Assembly: GCA_002269645.1 (NCBI GenBank)
Contig: NIVC01000087.1
Span: 496,001-560,000, forward strand
Length of the DNA: 64,000 nt
Direction of reading: 5' to 3'
Source: Macrostomum lignano
Lineage: Eukaryota
The notes under the pieces were generated by a model, which was not told the origin of the DNA, did no database searches, and saw nothing but the letters and a program-made list of their open reading frames with translations. A program made the position numbers and the translations under genes. Within the stretch, counting starts at the first letter, position 1. The number at the start of each line of letters is the position of its first letter. Below, in pieces: positions 11,762 through 22,715 of the stretch.

Positions 11762-13217
11762 ATGGGCGCGTCCTTGTCAGCTTATTTGGCCCCTTGTCGG
11801 GTGCTGCTTCTCGGGCTGGACAACTGCGGCAAGACCACCCTGCTGAGGCAGCTAGTTGCCAGGCACACCTCCGCAGCTGGCGGGACGGGTTCGTCAAAAA
11901 CAATGTCGGCTTTGGCGACGGCGTCAGACGAAGACGAAGCGGCGGCGATGTCGGCAGCGGCGGAGGCCAGCGATACGCGTCGAGTTCTGCCAACTCTCGG
12001 CCACTCGTCCGAGATTGTCCGGCTGCCGCAGGGTGGCCCCGATCTGGTGCTTACAGAGGTAGACTATGGATCAGGGAGATGATCAGGGAGGTGATCAGGG
12101 AGATGATCAGGGAGATGATCAGGGAGATGATCAGGGAGATTATCAGGGAGATGATCAGGGAGATTATCAGGGAGATGATCAGGGCGATGATCAGGGAGAT
12201 TATCAGGGAGATGATCAGGGAGATTATCAGGGAGATGATCAGGGCGATGATCAGGGAGATTATCAGGGAGATGATCAGGGAGATGATCAGGGAGATGATC
12301 AGGGAGATGATCAGGGAGATGATCAGGGAGATTATCAGGGAGATGATCAGGGAGATTATCAGGGAGATGATCAGGGCGATGATCAGGGAGATTATCAGGG
12401 AGATGATCAGGGAGATTATCAGGGAGATGATCAGGGCGATGATCAGGGAGATTATCAGGGAGATGATCAGGGAGATGATCAGGGAGATGATCAGGGAGAT
12501 TATCAGGGAGATGATCAGGGCGATGATCAGGGAGATGATCAGGGAGGTGATCAGGGAGGTGATCAGGGAGATGATCAGGGAGATGATCAGGGAGATGATC
12601 AGGGAGATGATCAGAGAGATTATCAGGGAGATGATCAGGGAGATGATCAGGGAGATTATCAGGGAGATGATCAGGGAGATGATCAGGGAGATTATCAGGG
12701 CGATGATCAGGGCGATGATCAGGGAGATTATCAGGGAGGTGATCAGGGAGATGATCAGGAAGATGATCAGGGAGATTATCAGGGAGATGATCAGGGCGAT
12801 GATCAGGGAAATGATCAGGGAGATGATCATGAGACGAGTTCCTGCCCTCAGGTCGGTGGCAGTAGGGTCTACCGCGACTTCTGGCGCTACCACGCACGCC
12901 TAGTCGAAGGCGTCGTATTCGTCGTCGACAGCAACGATCCGGCTAGGCTGGAGGAGGCCCGCCGCTTCCTGTTCGAGGTGGCCACCAGCTGGGAGCTGCT
13001 CGGCGCCCCCGTGCTGGTGTTGGCAAACAAGCAGGACCTGCCGTTCGCTCTGCCCGGCTGGCAGGTGGCGGCCCGGCTGCAGACCGAGCTGCTGGAGCGG
13101 CTGGGCCATCCGACTCACGTCCACCGGACCGTGGGCCTCACTGGGGACGGCCTGGTGACGGCGCTGCACGTCCTGGCAAAGTTCATCAGGCAGAGGAGAC
13201 GCTCGCCGCCCTGTTGA
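11762..13217 (+). CDS. ARF-like (ARL) small GTPase, 2 exons (11762-12058 and 12852-13217), about 220 aa
   Basis: MGASLS myristoylation-type start and P-loop LLLGLDNCGKTT. Splicing GAG|GTAGAC...CCCTCAG|GTC is phase 0 and rebuilds LTE-VGGS (the DxxG position), followed by RDFW, VVFVVDS.D..RL.EAR and LVLANKQDL (G4). Subfamily not assignable by eye. Confidence 0.85.
12066..12830. repeat. 12-bp minisatellite (GATCAGGGAGAT and variants) filling the ARL intron 12059-12851
   Basis: About 63 tandem 12-mers with point variants (TAT/GAT, GAG/GCG, GAT/GGT). It starts 7 bp after the donor and ends about 20 bp before the acceptor. Confidence 0.95.
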
Positions 13218-13313
13218 GACAGCAGGGGCTTTGATTCAGTTGCTGGACAAGTTTCAATTCCCGTAATGCAACCGGCGGCTCTTGCGAAATCATACCCTGT
13301 GATTCGTTTCTTG

Positions 13314-15168
13314 CGTGACAGGCTCGATTGGGTCCGGCTATGGAGTGTGACAGGCTCGATTGGGTTGGTTATGGAGTTTGACAGGCTCGATTGGGTTGGT
13401 TCTGGAGTGTGACAGGCTCGATTGGGTCCGGTTCTGGAGTGTGACAGGCTCGATTGGGTCCAGATATGGAGAGTGACAGGCTCGATTGGGTCCAGATATG
13501 GAGTGTGACAGGCTCGATTGGGTTGGTTATGGAGTGTGACAGGCTCGATTGGGTTGGTTATGGAGTGTGACAGCCTCGATTGGGTCCGGTTATGGAGTGT
13601 GACAGGCTCGATTGGGTCCGGTTGTGGAGTGTGACAGGCTCGATTGGGTCCGGTTCTGGAGTGTGACAGGCTCGATTGGGTCCGGTTATGGAGTGTGACA
13701 GGCTCGATTGGGTACGGTTATGGAGTGTGACAGGCTCGATTGGGTCCGGTTGTGGAGTGTGACAGGCTCGATTGGGTCCGGTTCTGGGGTGTGACAGGCT
13801 CGATTGGGTCCGGTTATGGAGTGTGACAGGCTCGATTGGGTCCGGTTATGGAGTGTGACAGGCTCGATTGGGTTGGTTATGGAGTGTGACAGGCTCGATT
13901 GGGTCCAGATATGGAGTGTGACAGGCTCGATTGGGTACGGTTATGGAGTGTGACAGGCTCGATTGGGTCCGGTTGTGGAGTGTGACAGGCTCGATTGGGT
14001 CCGGTTCTGGGTGTGACAGGCTCGATTGGGTACGGTTATGGAGTGTGACAGGCTCGATTGGGTCCGGTTATGGAGTGTGACAGGCTCGATTGGGTCCGGT
14101 TCTGGGGTGTGACAGGCTCGATTGGGTCCGGTTCTGGAGTGTGACAGGCTCGATTGGGTCCGGTTATGGAGTGTGACAGGCTCGATTGGGTCCGGTTCTG
14201 GAGTGTGACAGGCTCGATTGGGTCCAGATATGGAGAGTGACAGGCTCGATTGGGTCCAGATATGGAGTGTGACAGGCTCGATTGGGTTGGTTATGGAGTG
14301 TGACAGGCTCGATTGGGTTGGTTATGGAGTGTGACAGGCTCGATTGGGTCCGGTTATGGAGTGTGACAGGCTCGATTGGGTCCGGTTGTGGAGTGTGACA
14401 GGCTCGATTGGGTCCGGTTCTGGAGTGTGACAGGCTCGATTGGGTCCGGTTATGGAGTGTGACAGGCTCGATTGGGTACGGTTATGGAGTGTGACAGGCT
14501 CGATTGGGTCCGGTTGTGGAGTGTGACAGGCTCGATTGGGTCCGGTTCTGGGGTGTGACAGGCTCGATTGGGTCCGGTTATGGAGTGTGACAGGCTCGAT
14601 TGGGTCCGGTTATGGAGTGTGACAGGCTCGATTGGGTTGGTTATGGAGTGTGACAGGCTCGATTGGGTCCAGATATGGAGTGTGACAGGCTCGATTGGGT
14701 ACGGTTATGGAGTGTGACAGGCTCGATTGGGTCCGGTTGTGGAGTGTGACAGGCTCGATTGGGTCCGGTTCTGGGGTGTGACAGGCTCGATTGGGTACGG
14801 TTATGGAGTGTGACAGGCTCGATTGGGTCCGGTTATGGAGTGTGACAGGCTCGATTGGGTCCGGTTCTGGGGTGTGACAGGCTCGATTGGGTCCGGTTCT
14901 GGAGTGTGACAGGCTCGATTGGGTCCGGTTATGGAGTGTGACAGGCTCGATTGGGTTGGTTATGGAGTGTGACAGGCTCGATTGGGTCCAGATATGGAGT
15001 GTGACAGGCTCGATTGGGTCCAGATATGGAGTGTGACAGGCTCGATTGGGTTGGTTATGGAGTGTGACAGGCTCGATTGGGTTGGTTATGGAGTGTGACA
15101 GGCTCGATTGGGTCCGGTTATGGAGTGTGACAGGCTCGATTGGGTCCGGTTATGGAGTGTGACAGGCT
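13314..15168. repeat. 31-32-bp minisatellite GTGTGACAGGCTCGATTGGGTCCGGTTATGGA, about 58 copies
   Basis: Contiguous tandem copies; variation is confined to a short window of the unit. Confidence 0.96.
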
Positions 15169-16527
15169 GCTCTCTGCTCGGTGTATTATTCATTTTAGCT
15201 ACCAGTTTACCTGTCACGGGACATAAATGCACCTAAAACTAAAACCCCTTTCTATTCACTTATACTAGTACAGGTAAATTTAAAAATGTGTCATTCGTGT
15301 GTCCCCATCTGCTATAGTGGTTACGACGCCAACTAAATAGACTGATTCAGAACTCATTCCAATTTCTATTATATTATACAGGAGCCACTTTAAGTCAACG
15401 TGAAAGTCAGAAGTGAAATATTGTAAAAAAAAGTAAATGAATCCCAGCTGCTGTACTTTATTTCGAAAAGCCAGAATCTAGTCAGAATATCTTTTGCATA
15501 CCTTGGCTTTCTTCTAGAAGAAGACGAGGCTAGAAGATTTGCAACCAACTGCAATGTGGCAGACGTAAGACGGGATTAGGCTAATTCTGTGAGACGCTGC
15601 CTTATCTCGTCAGCCATGGCTGTCTAGGATCTCATTTCCTCATCTTTTTCTCGCCTCCTTCTTTTCCTGCGCTTCTGGCAGTTGAGAACGGAACTGAGGT
15701 ATTGCAATTCACTGGCTTGTACATAAGTCTTTTGCACCCGAAGCAAATACATGCTATATTTGTGTTGACAGCATTAAAAATTAATTAATATACAGCTACC
15801 AAAGCAGATGGACTTGTCGAAGTGTGACTGTTTTAATGAAATTTTTATATTTAAAATCGAGCGGAGTTGATCCTTTAAGACCTGACTAATTGGACTTAAA
15901 GTAAGGGAGCGGTCGTTATCGAGGTCTCCCGACCCAAGGGCTCGTTATTTTACTGGTAGTAATAATTCCTATCGCTGAAAACGAAAAAATAAAATCTTTT
16001 CAAATTCCAATGTTGCATCAAAGTACATTTGTGGGACTGTCGTTTCTAGCATTAAAAATGACGATTTCGTCATTTGACGGATGACGGAAAAATGACGGAA
16101 TCTACGCTCGTATGAAAACTTTGAAGAAAGAAAACGGTCTATGTTTTAAAAGTACAAGTAGATCACGCAACGTTTAGATTACGAGTGTGGATGTCTTTTA
16201 TACGAGGGGTGTTCCATAAGTACTTATACTTTTGCATGCTGCTCATGAACAACGCAATCAATCATTACAAGTTAGGTGTCTCTGGAAAGCGGCTTTTCCC
16301 TTCTACAATTTGCTACCAGAATCATTTGGTTCCGTCAGTAAACGGAATTATTTTATCGGCCTTATCTTTACAATTGGCGTGGCCTCATGAGGTAAAACTC
16401 GCTTCCACTCCAGGTTGCTAATTATAGAACTCCTTGAGTAAGCAGCAAACAATTATCAGATATTCTATAGCTAATTCTAAAAATTATTCACAGTGTCCGA
16501 GCACGCGCCACATTAAAGCATTCAACA

Positions 16528-18363
16528 ATGCGGAACTTGGCGCAGAGCCTGGACTTCTTCGCCATTAATCTGTGCTTTACAGTTGGCCATTTTGACATCT
16601 TCAAGTTCCCACTGAGCTCAAACGGGCTGGGCGGCGCCACCTTTGTTGGAGTCTACGCCGCCGTCATGCTCCTGTACGGCATTCCGGCATTCGCCGACGA
16701 GGTCGCCTACCTCATGCCGTGGGACTGCGGCTCTTGCAGCCCGGCTACGCGGAAGTGGCTTCGCAGCTACGAGCTCATCGCCCTGATGCAAGCTATTCAA
16801 GTTTCTATTGGCGAGGCCGAGGAGAAGCTCAACTTGGCTACTGCTCAGCTATTCACTCTGGCTAACTCTGGCTCAAATAGTCTTCGAATGCTCCCATTTT
16901 ATTCGAAAAACTGTCAGCTACTGGACACCTCCATGACTATCGGACGAGTATCGGACGAAAACACGCTGGAGATGCTGGTGCAGCCTTCTTGCATGAGACG
17001 GCCTCGAAACGAGATCGGCTGCCTAATGCAGCTGCTGTTTGCGAATCCCAATGCAGTCCTATTCTACACTTTTATTATGCTTTCGCTAGTAGTAATTTCC
17101 TACTTTATTATATTTGGCCGTTCAATGCGAACCTACGGAAAAATCGGTGGGATCTACATAGCACTGGTTGTGCTGTGCATTGCCACTCTGCTGCTCCACT
17201 TTGTTGGGAAGAGCAGGACGGAAGTTGGCGCGCACGATACCAGCTCAGCGCTCGCCACAATGGAAACTACGTTCGCCGGCGCGCTCGTGCTCTGCATGCA
17301 CAGTCTCGGCCTGGCCAACTTTCAAATTAGCGCCATTGGCGGCCGAGCCAATCAGGATGCAAAGCGGAGTTACGTGTCCCTGAGTATCTGCGTCTGCCTT
17401 GCTGACTTGGCGATTTCTGTCGCCTTCACCGGTCTGAGTCACCTAGTCAAATATTCTGTCGTCAAGCTCTGCAACGAATCTAGCGGAGGCCAATTCGACT
17501 TTGACAGCTACATGTCGTTTCCCGACATGACCGATAAGCTGAGAAACGGCAGCCTCAGTACCCCAGTTTCCGTGTCGGTAATGCAGGGCGCGATGCAGCT
17601 GGCCGAGTCGGTGCTGATGTTCTACGAGACTAGCGGCTTTGTACCATACACCGTTTTCTTACCTTTTAAGGTTGTATTTTCTGGGGGGGGGGCTTTTGTT
17701 GTGCCATTAAATTGGTTAAATCACACACATTCATTCGCCATCTAAATGATCTTTTCAGGGAATAATCCTGATGTTCAGCGTATTTCTGATTTGCATTCAA
17801 TTCGTCATAAGCGACCTGCAGGCGATCAGACTGTTCCGCTGTTCGTGGGCAGTGCTCAGCCTGGCGGCGGTGCGGTTTGTCCTGCTGGCTGGAGTCACCC
17901 TGCTCAGAATGTTCGGCCAGCTGACCAGACTGCCCAGGTACATGCTGCTCGGCGCACCTATCGCTTTCTTTCTGGTAAAGCTTTTCGAGTGCGTTACGAT
18001 TCACCTCGGCCAGGTGGGTGTCGCGATAGGCTTGGATAAAAATGTGGCTCATAAGCAGTTCTTTGCTTCGATAATAAATTTATCCCATTTCAACTCCGTA
18101 TCAAAAAGGGGTTCTCAAGCTACATCCAGGATCGCCGGACTCTTCTGAACGAGAAGCAAACGGTGCCGCTGTTCATCTTCAACTGGTACCTGGCGCCAAG
18201 CATGGTATTCCTGTACAACTTCGGCTACCCGGCTGCTTGTGTGGTGTTTATCATCACGTACCAAAAGGAAATGTTAACAATTGGATTCTGCGTCTGCTTC
18301 CTGCTGCTAAACGCTTTGCCAATTGTTCTCACCATTGTAGTTGTGCAAGTCTATTGGACCTGA
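16528..18363 (+). CDS. Highly divergent SLC6 (sodium:neurotransmitter symporter)-like membrane protein, 3 exons (16528-~17640, 17822-18013, 18130-18363), about 510 aa
   Basis: TM1/TM2 read TVGHFDIFKFP...GGATFVGVY...YGIPAFADE, versus SLC6 AVGLGNxWRFP...GGAFLIPY...GxPLFxxE. Later segments YGKIGGIY and LCMHSLGLA match the GK and FSLG positions. Intron 18014-18129 (CAG|GTGGG...TCCAG|GAT) is phase 0 and in frame. The first donor is ambiguous (17578, 17641 or 17671, all phase 0). Confidence 0.62.
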
Positions 18364-18660
18364 TTAAGGTGTTGACTGTTTTTTTTTGTTTTGAAAACAA
18401 ATCAATTATGCCGAATAAAAGCCTCCCCCCCTAAACAAAATTCCACTTTTTGTCCAAATGTTAAGTACGCTACGTCTGCAGCAGAAACAGTTCATAGTCT
18501 GGAGTGAAGTAGTGTGACGCTATGCATGAGATAGAGCACGTTCGGTCCCGAATTTTAAAATCCAACTGGAGTATAGGTTTAAAAATTGTGTAGCATTCAC
18601 AGACTGTGAAGCCGTGTATTAAATTTAGTAGTATAGAGATAGAGCACTTCCATAAACTGC

Positions 18661-18800
18661 TCATGATAATAATAAATAATTGATTACACCCGCCCCAATT
18701 GGGGCACATGTGCAACCGACAGCTCAGCCGCAGCTATTGCGCGGCGCATCTGAAGGCTGCGTACGGCTGTTCAGTCCGAGGACTGGGGGTCGCCATAGCC
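18661..18800 (-). mobile_element. 5'-truncated copy of SINE family 1 (3' part only)
   Basis: The reverse complement CCCCCAGTCCTCGGACTG...GCAGCCTTCAGATGCGCCGCGCAATAGCTGCGGCTGAGCTGTCGGTTGCACAT plus an (ATT)-rich tail closely matches 45365-45482 and 27474-27600. Confidence 0.8.
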
Positions 18801-21800
18801 AGAAAAATATTCAATTTTGAGGCGGACAAAGGCATATTTTAATTGGTTTAATTACTTTATCAAGTTGTTGCTTATTTTTTAATAATTTTTTGTTATCTTT
18901 TATTTGTTTTTTGTTGTTTTATTTGATTTTTGAGGTTGCAATTTGTTTTATACAGGGAAATGTGTTTTGGTATGCTTTTGTGGCCTCGCTCTTATCCTCA
19001 GGATTTTGCAATCTAGCGATCATGTTATTTAGCTCTTTGCTTTCAATTTTTCAATGTGTAAGATCCGACAAAAGTTCTTGCGGTTTAGAGTACGTAGCTT
19101 TTTAGTTTTCATTCTGCTTTGTTTTTTTGATACAAAAGATTTACTTCCAAGACAGAGTTCTTATAGAAAATGCCAAGAAAATAAAAAGCTAGAAAGCCGT
19201 CGGAAATGCCAAAAACAAAGGAATGATTTTTATAGGGGGAGAATAGAGGTGACCGACGGGGAACTAACGCGTCTGTCTTGCCAAAGCTCCCGGAGCAAGC
19301 GACAACATAAATTCTGGGCCATGCAGTGTACGGGAGTTTACCGGGATATTGTTGGGACCAGCTGCTTGCCTCCTAGATAGCTGCGGCTCGCCCGAATTTG
19401 CTAAAGCGCCAAGAAGTTCTCTCCGACTAACTAAAAGAAGAGCCACCAGTTGATGTTGTTCTGCAGCTCTATTAGTCAGCACTGTGATGGAATACACTGC
19501 CACAAATTCGGCTAGTATAGCCCGAGTTGAATGACACGCGCAGGTCAGAACACACGTCCTTGAGGCAACCCTAAGCCCTAGCAGCTATTCTATATGTGAG
19601 CGAGGTAGCAAGGAAAAGAAGGACGGGCACTGGTGAGCAAGTGGCAGGAAATGAGCTGGGATAGAATCGAACGCCGCTCCAACAATTGAATTAGAGTCGC
19701 TGCGGGTGGGATTATAGAGCTCCGCTATGGGTGATGAGCTTGCCAGAAGTTCGGCCCGGTGCCGCGCGCCAAGACTCCAGATTTATATTCGTCAACTTTT
19801 CTTCTCTTACGCAAAACCTGATTCGATTTTCAATGAGCGGCCCAGACTGCCGCATAGTTTTCTTATCTCTTTCGCTCTAGCTGTTCCATGTATTTCCTTT
19901 AGCTCGTAGATCTCTACCCCAGCGCGTGACTGGTTAGTGACGAATCCAGTGCTTCTTTATTGATGGGATGTCGCGCTGGCGTCACTGTGATATCCTTAGT
20001 ATCTTTTACGCTATCCAATCATCTTTATATATATTTTTTCCTAACTCTGTGACGTCAATGTTTCTCTCCGTATGCCGAGATGTCTTCTGAATTTAGTAAA
20101 AAGAATTTGATACGTTCTGCTCACTGAGGAGCAACGTAAGCTTATAAAGCAAAGAGCGATTTTGCATTTTAATTCATTTTTTCGAACTTATTACATATGA
20201 CTGTTACATCAATATACTAGAACTTCTAGATCCATGAAGCGGGAGAAAGTGACTAAGGTTCTTATAGCGTTAAGATTCCACCAAATTTCATGCAGACTAG
20301 CGAGGATTCCAAGCTAAACAGCGCAAGAACACGCGCCGAGAGTCTGTTTCCACTAACGTACTCTTGGGTCGTTGTTGAAGTATAAAATTTTGTGCAACTT
20401 CAATACGAGCAGCTCAAATAGCGTGCGCTTCTGATCTGCCTGCCTTTCTTCAAATTCTCCTCGATTGCCCAGCTGTTGGATTAGCTGTGGAGATATCCAC
20501 TTCTCATTTGCTCCACTCCATTTCACCTCGCCAATAATTCACTTTCATTGGCGTTCCATGGCAATACTCCGTCGCTTCTCGTCAAGTGTTCTTTGCACAG
20601 TGGACAGGCAGGAGAGAAAAAGAAGGCTAGCTTCCTCAAGTCCGCCGAACCACTGAATTTTTAGTCCAACTTTATATAAGAAAAGCACTTTAATAATCGC
20701 TTCACGTATACGACATGGGGCCTATATATCAGAATAGCAGCGTCTGTGGATAGAAGATTTGATAAAGAATATTTGCCCAGAAAGGTTTACACCTATCTGA
20801 AAGCGTGCTGAGTTTCGGCTGCTGAGAACTAAACTATGAAGGTAAGCACAACAAGCTGGTCAGTTGGGGGCATGATTTAATATTTTGTGAAAATATCGGC
20901 AGCAGTAGCCAAAAAGAAGGTGCAACAGGTTCCGGATCAGCCAGCGACTCTGTGTGCTAGCTGAGCCACTGGGGGTGTTTGATCCTAAGATTCCACTTAG
21001 GCAACTTAGGAGTGGCTTGTTTTATAAAGATAAGTGTGCCTTAGCTGGGAACCAACTTAGGTGTAACCAAGAGTGAGAAAAGACTGAACTTATGGCTGAG
21101 GCACAGATTCTATATTACCTAGATGTGTCTCTGCAGCATTGTCGACTGATTTTCCATGCAAGAATGGCATTCTCGCACTCTTTTGCGTGCAGGAATGGAT
21201 GTCTATGGTAAAATCTCACTGAAAAAGCATTAGGCGCAGAAATGCATTCCTGCACGGTTTTGTGCATTCCTGCACGATGAATCATCCGACAATGGGATTC
21301 CTTCACGTTCACTCGTGCGTGAAGGACATCGTGCACTCGTGACCGTGCAGGAATATATCATTCGCTAGTGTATTTAGCGGCCGTCTCCGAGGCACCGAAA
21401 ACCCCGGGGTTAGGGCCATAGACACTGGCTGCTGCTAATGTCTTGAGAGCAGCAGAAGCTACAGTCTATGGTCAAAACCCACAAAACAGCTTGTTGTTCG
21501 GCTGGAGAGACCCATCTAAGGGTAATATAAATCTGTGGGTCGCTCTTCCTTAGGCGGAGACCTGAAAAAACTCAAGGGGGACAAAGCGCATTTCGCCAAA
21601 ATGCAGAGCCACCTTCTGCGCCCCTCTCTTGGGTCTTTACCCTCCATAATCCGCCCCCCTCAACAAATTTCTGGTTGCACCACTGATAGAACACACTCAT
21701 GACTGAGTCCTTAGTTTGAACTTAAGTTGAAACTTAAGAGTCAGTCTTAAGACAGTTTTCGAAACAACCCTCAGGCACATAAACATAAAATTAGGCTATT

Positions 21801-22025
21801 TTCTATGCTGCATCTTTCACAACAAAAAATTTTCGCATCCTATCGGCTAAGAAGTTAAGTGTGAAGTTTTTTATTATTTAGAGTCCATCCAAACTCCAGT
21901 ATACTTTGGTAACCTTGAGTATATCCAGTTAAATTTCGGAAGCCAATACCGTAAGCGCGCGGCACTCGAGCAAATGTAGGTGAAGTTTATTTAAAACGTT
22001 ATTAAAGAATTATTTGATTTTTCAG

Positions 22026-22715
22026 TTCCAGATTCTACTATTAGAGTGGCAGCTTCCACTTCTGCTTCTGCTCCTGCTAGCCTGCTCAAGCAGCCTCGCC
22101 TGTTCGTCATCTCAAAGGAAAGCGGACAAGTCCGGCAGCAGTTGCTCCGCCGCCGTGGCCTCAGCCGCCGCGCACGCTTCAATCGAGTGCAATCCGTTTG
22201 AGCGGCCGGCACTGAACTGCAGCGGCGCTGGGGCGGCCTGCCGAGGCTACAAATGCATCTGCTCGGATGGCGGCCATGTCTACGTCGCCGGACGGGGTTG
22301 TCGCGACGTTGACGAGTGCCGCGAACTGCCGCAACCCTGCAAAGGCACCGGCGTCAGCTGTTTAAATGTCAAAGGCGGCTACCAGTGCATCTGCGACGCC
22401 GAAGGTCATCAATACCATCCGTTCAAGGGATGCGGCACTCACAATACGTGCCACTTCCCGTTCAAGTACAAGGGCACTTTTTATCACCACTGCATCCGGT
22501 CACAGCACCACCGACTGTGGTGCAGCCGTACTGCCGATTACGACAAAGACAAAAAGTTTATCAACTGCGCGGCCGAGTTTGTCAGCCTGCACTGCCACTT
22601 CCCGTTCAAGTTCAAGGGCCGCGAGTACAAATCGTGCATTGGAACAGGCAACGAGAAATGGTGCGCCACGACGTACAATTACGATCTGGACAGGCGCTGG
22701 GACATCTGCTATTAG
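22026..22715 (+). CDS. Small secreted protein: signal peptide, EGF-like, calcium-binding EGF, two fibronectin type II domains; start codon not in this exon
   Basis: Hydrophobic LPLLLLLLLACSSSLA; cbEGF DVDEC...C...CLNVKGGYQCIC; FN2 repeats CHFPFKYKG..Y..C....RLWCSRTADYDKD...INC and CHFPFKFKG..Y..C...KWCATTYNYDLD..W.IC; stop at 22715. The listed ORF start is a TTG inside a pyrimidine tract. Acceptor TTTTTCAG ends at 22025. Confidence 0.85.
   Translation, partial: FQILLLEWQLPLLLLLLLACSSSLACSSSQRKADKSGSSCSAAVASAAAHASIECNPFERPALNCSGAGAACRGYKCICSDGGHVYVAGRGCRDVDECRELPQPCKGTGVSCLNVKGGYQCICDAEGHQYHPFKGCGTHNTCHFPFKYKGTFYHHCIRSQHHRLWCSRTADYDKDKKFINCAAEFVSLHCHFPFKFKGREYKSCIGTGNEKWCATTYNYDLDRRWDICY

Noticed and set aside
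11794-12903. Long ORFs of EMIR, ISLI and PDHL repeats on both strands
   Set aside because: They arise because a stop-free 12-bp unit fills an intron whose removal rebuilds a normal GTPase fold.
13314-15168. CRISPR-like array (conserved ~20-bp part alternating with a variable part)
   Set aside because: The variable parts are only about 10 bp and are point variants of one sequence, not unique spacers. No cas genes, eukaryotic context. The same applies to the arrays at 29, 30.7, 40.7 and 44 kb.
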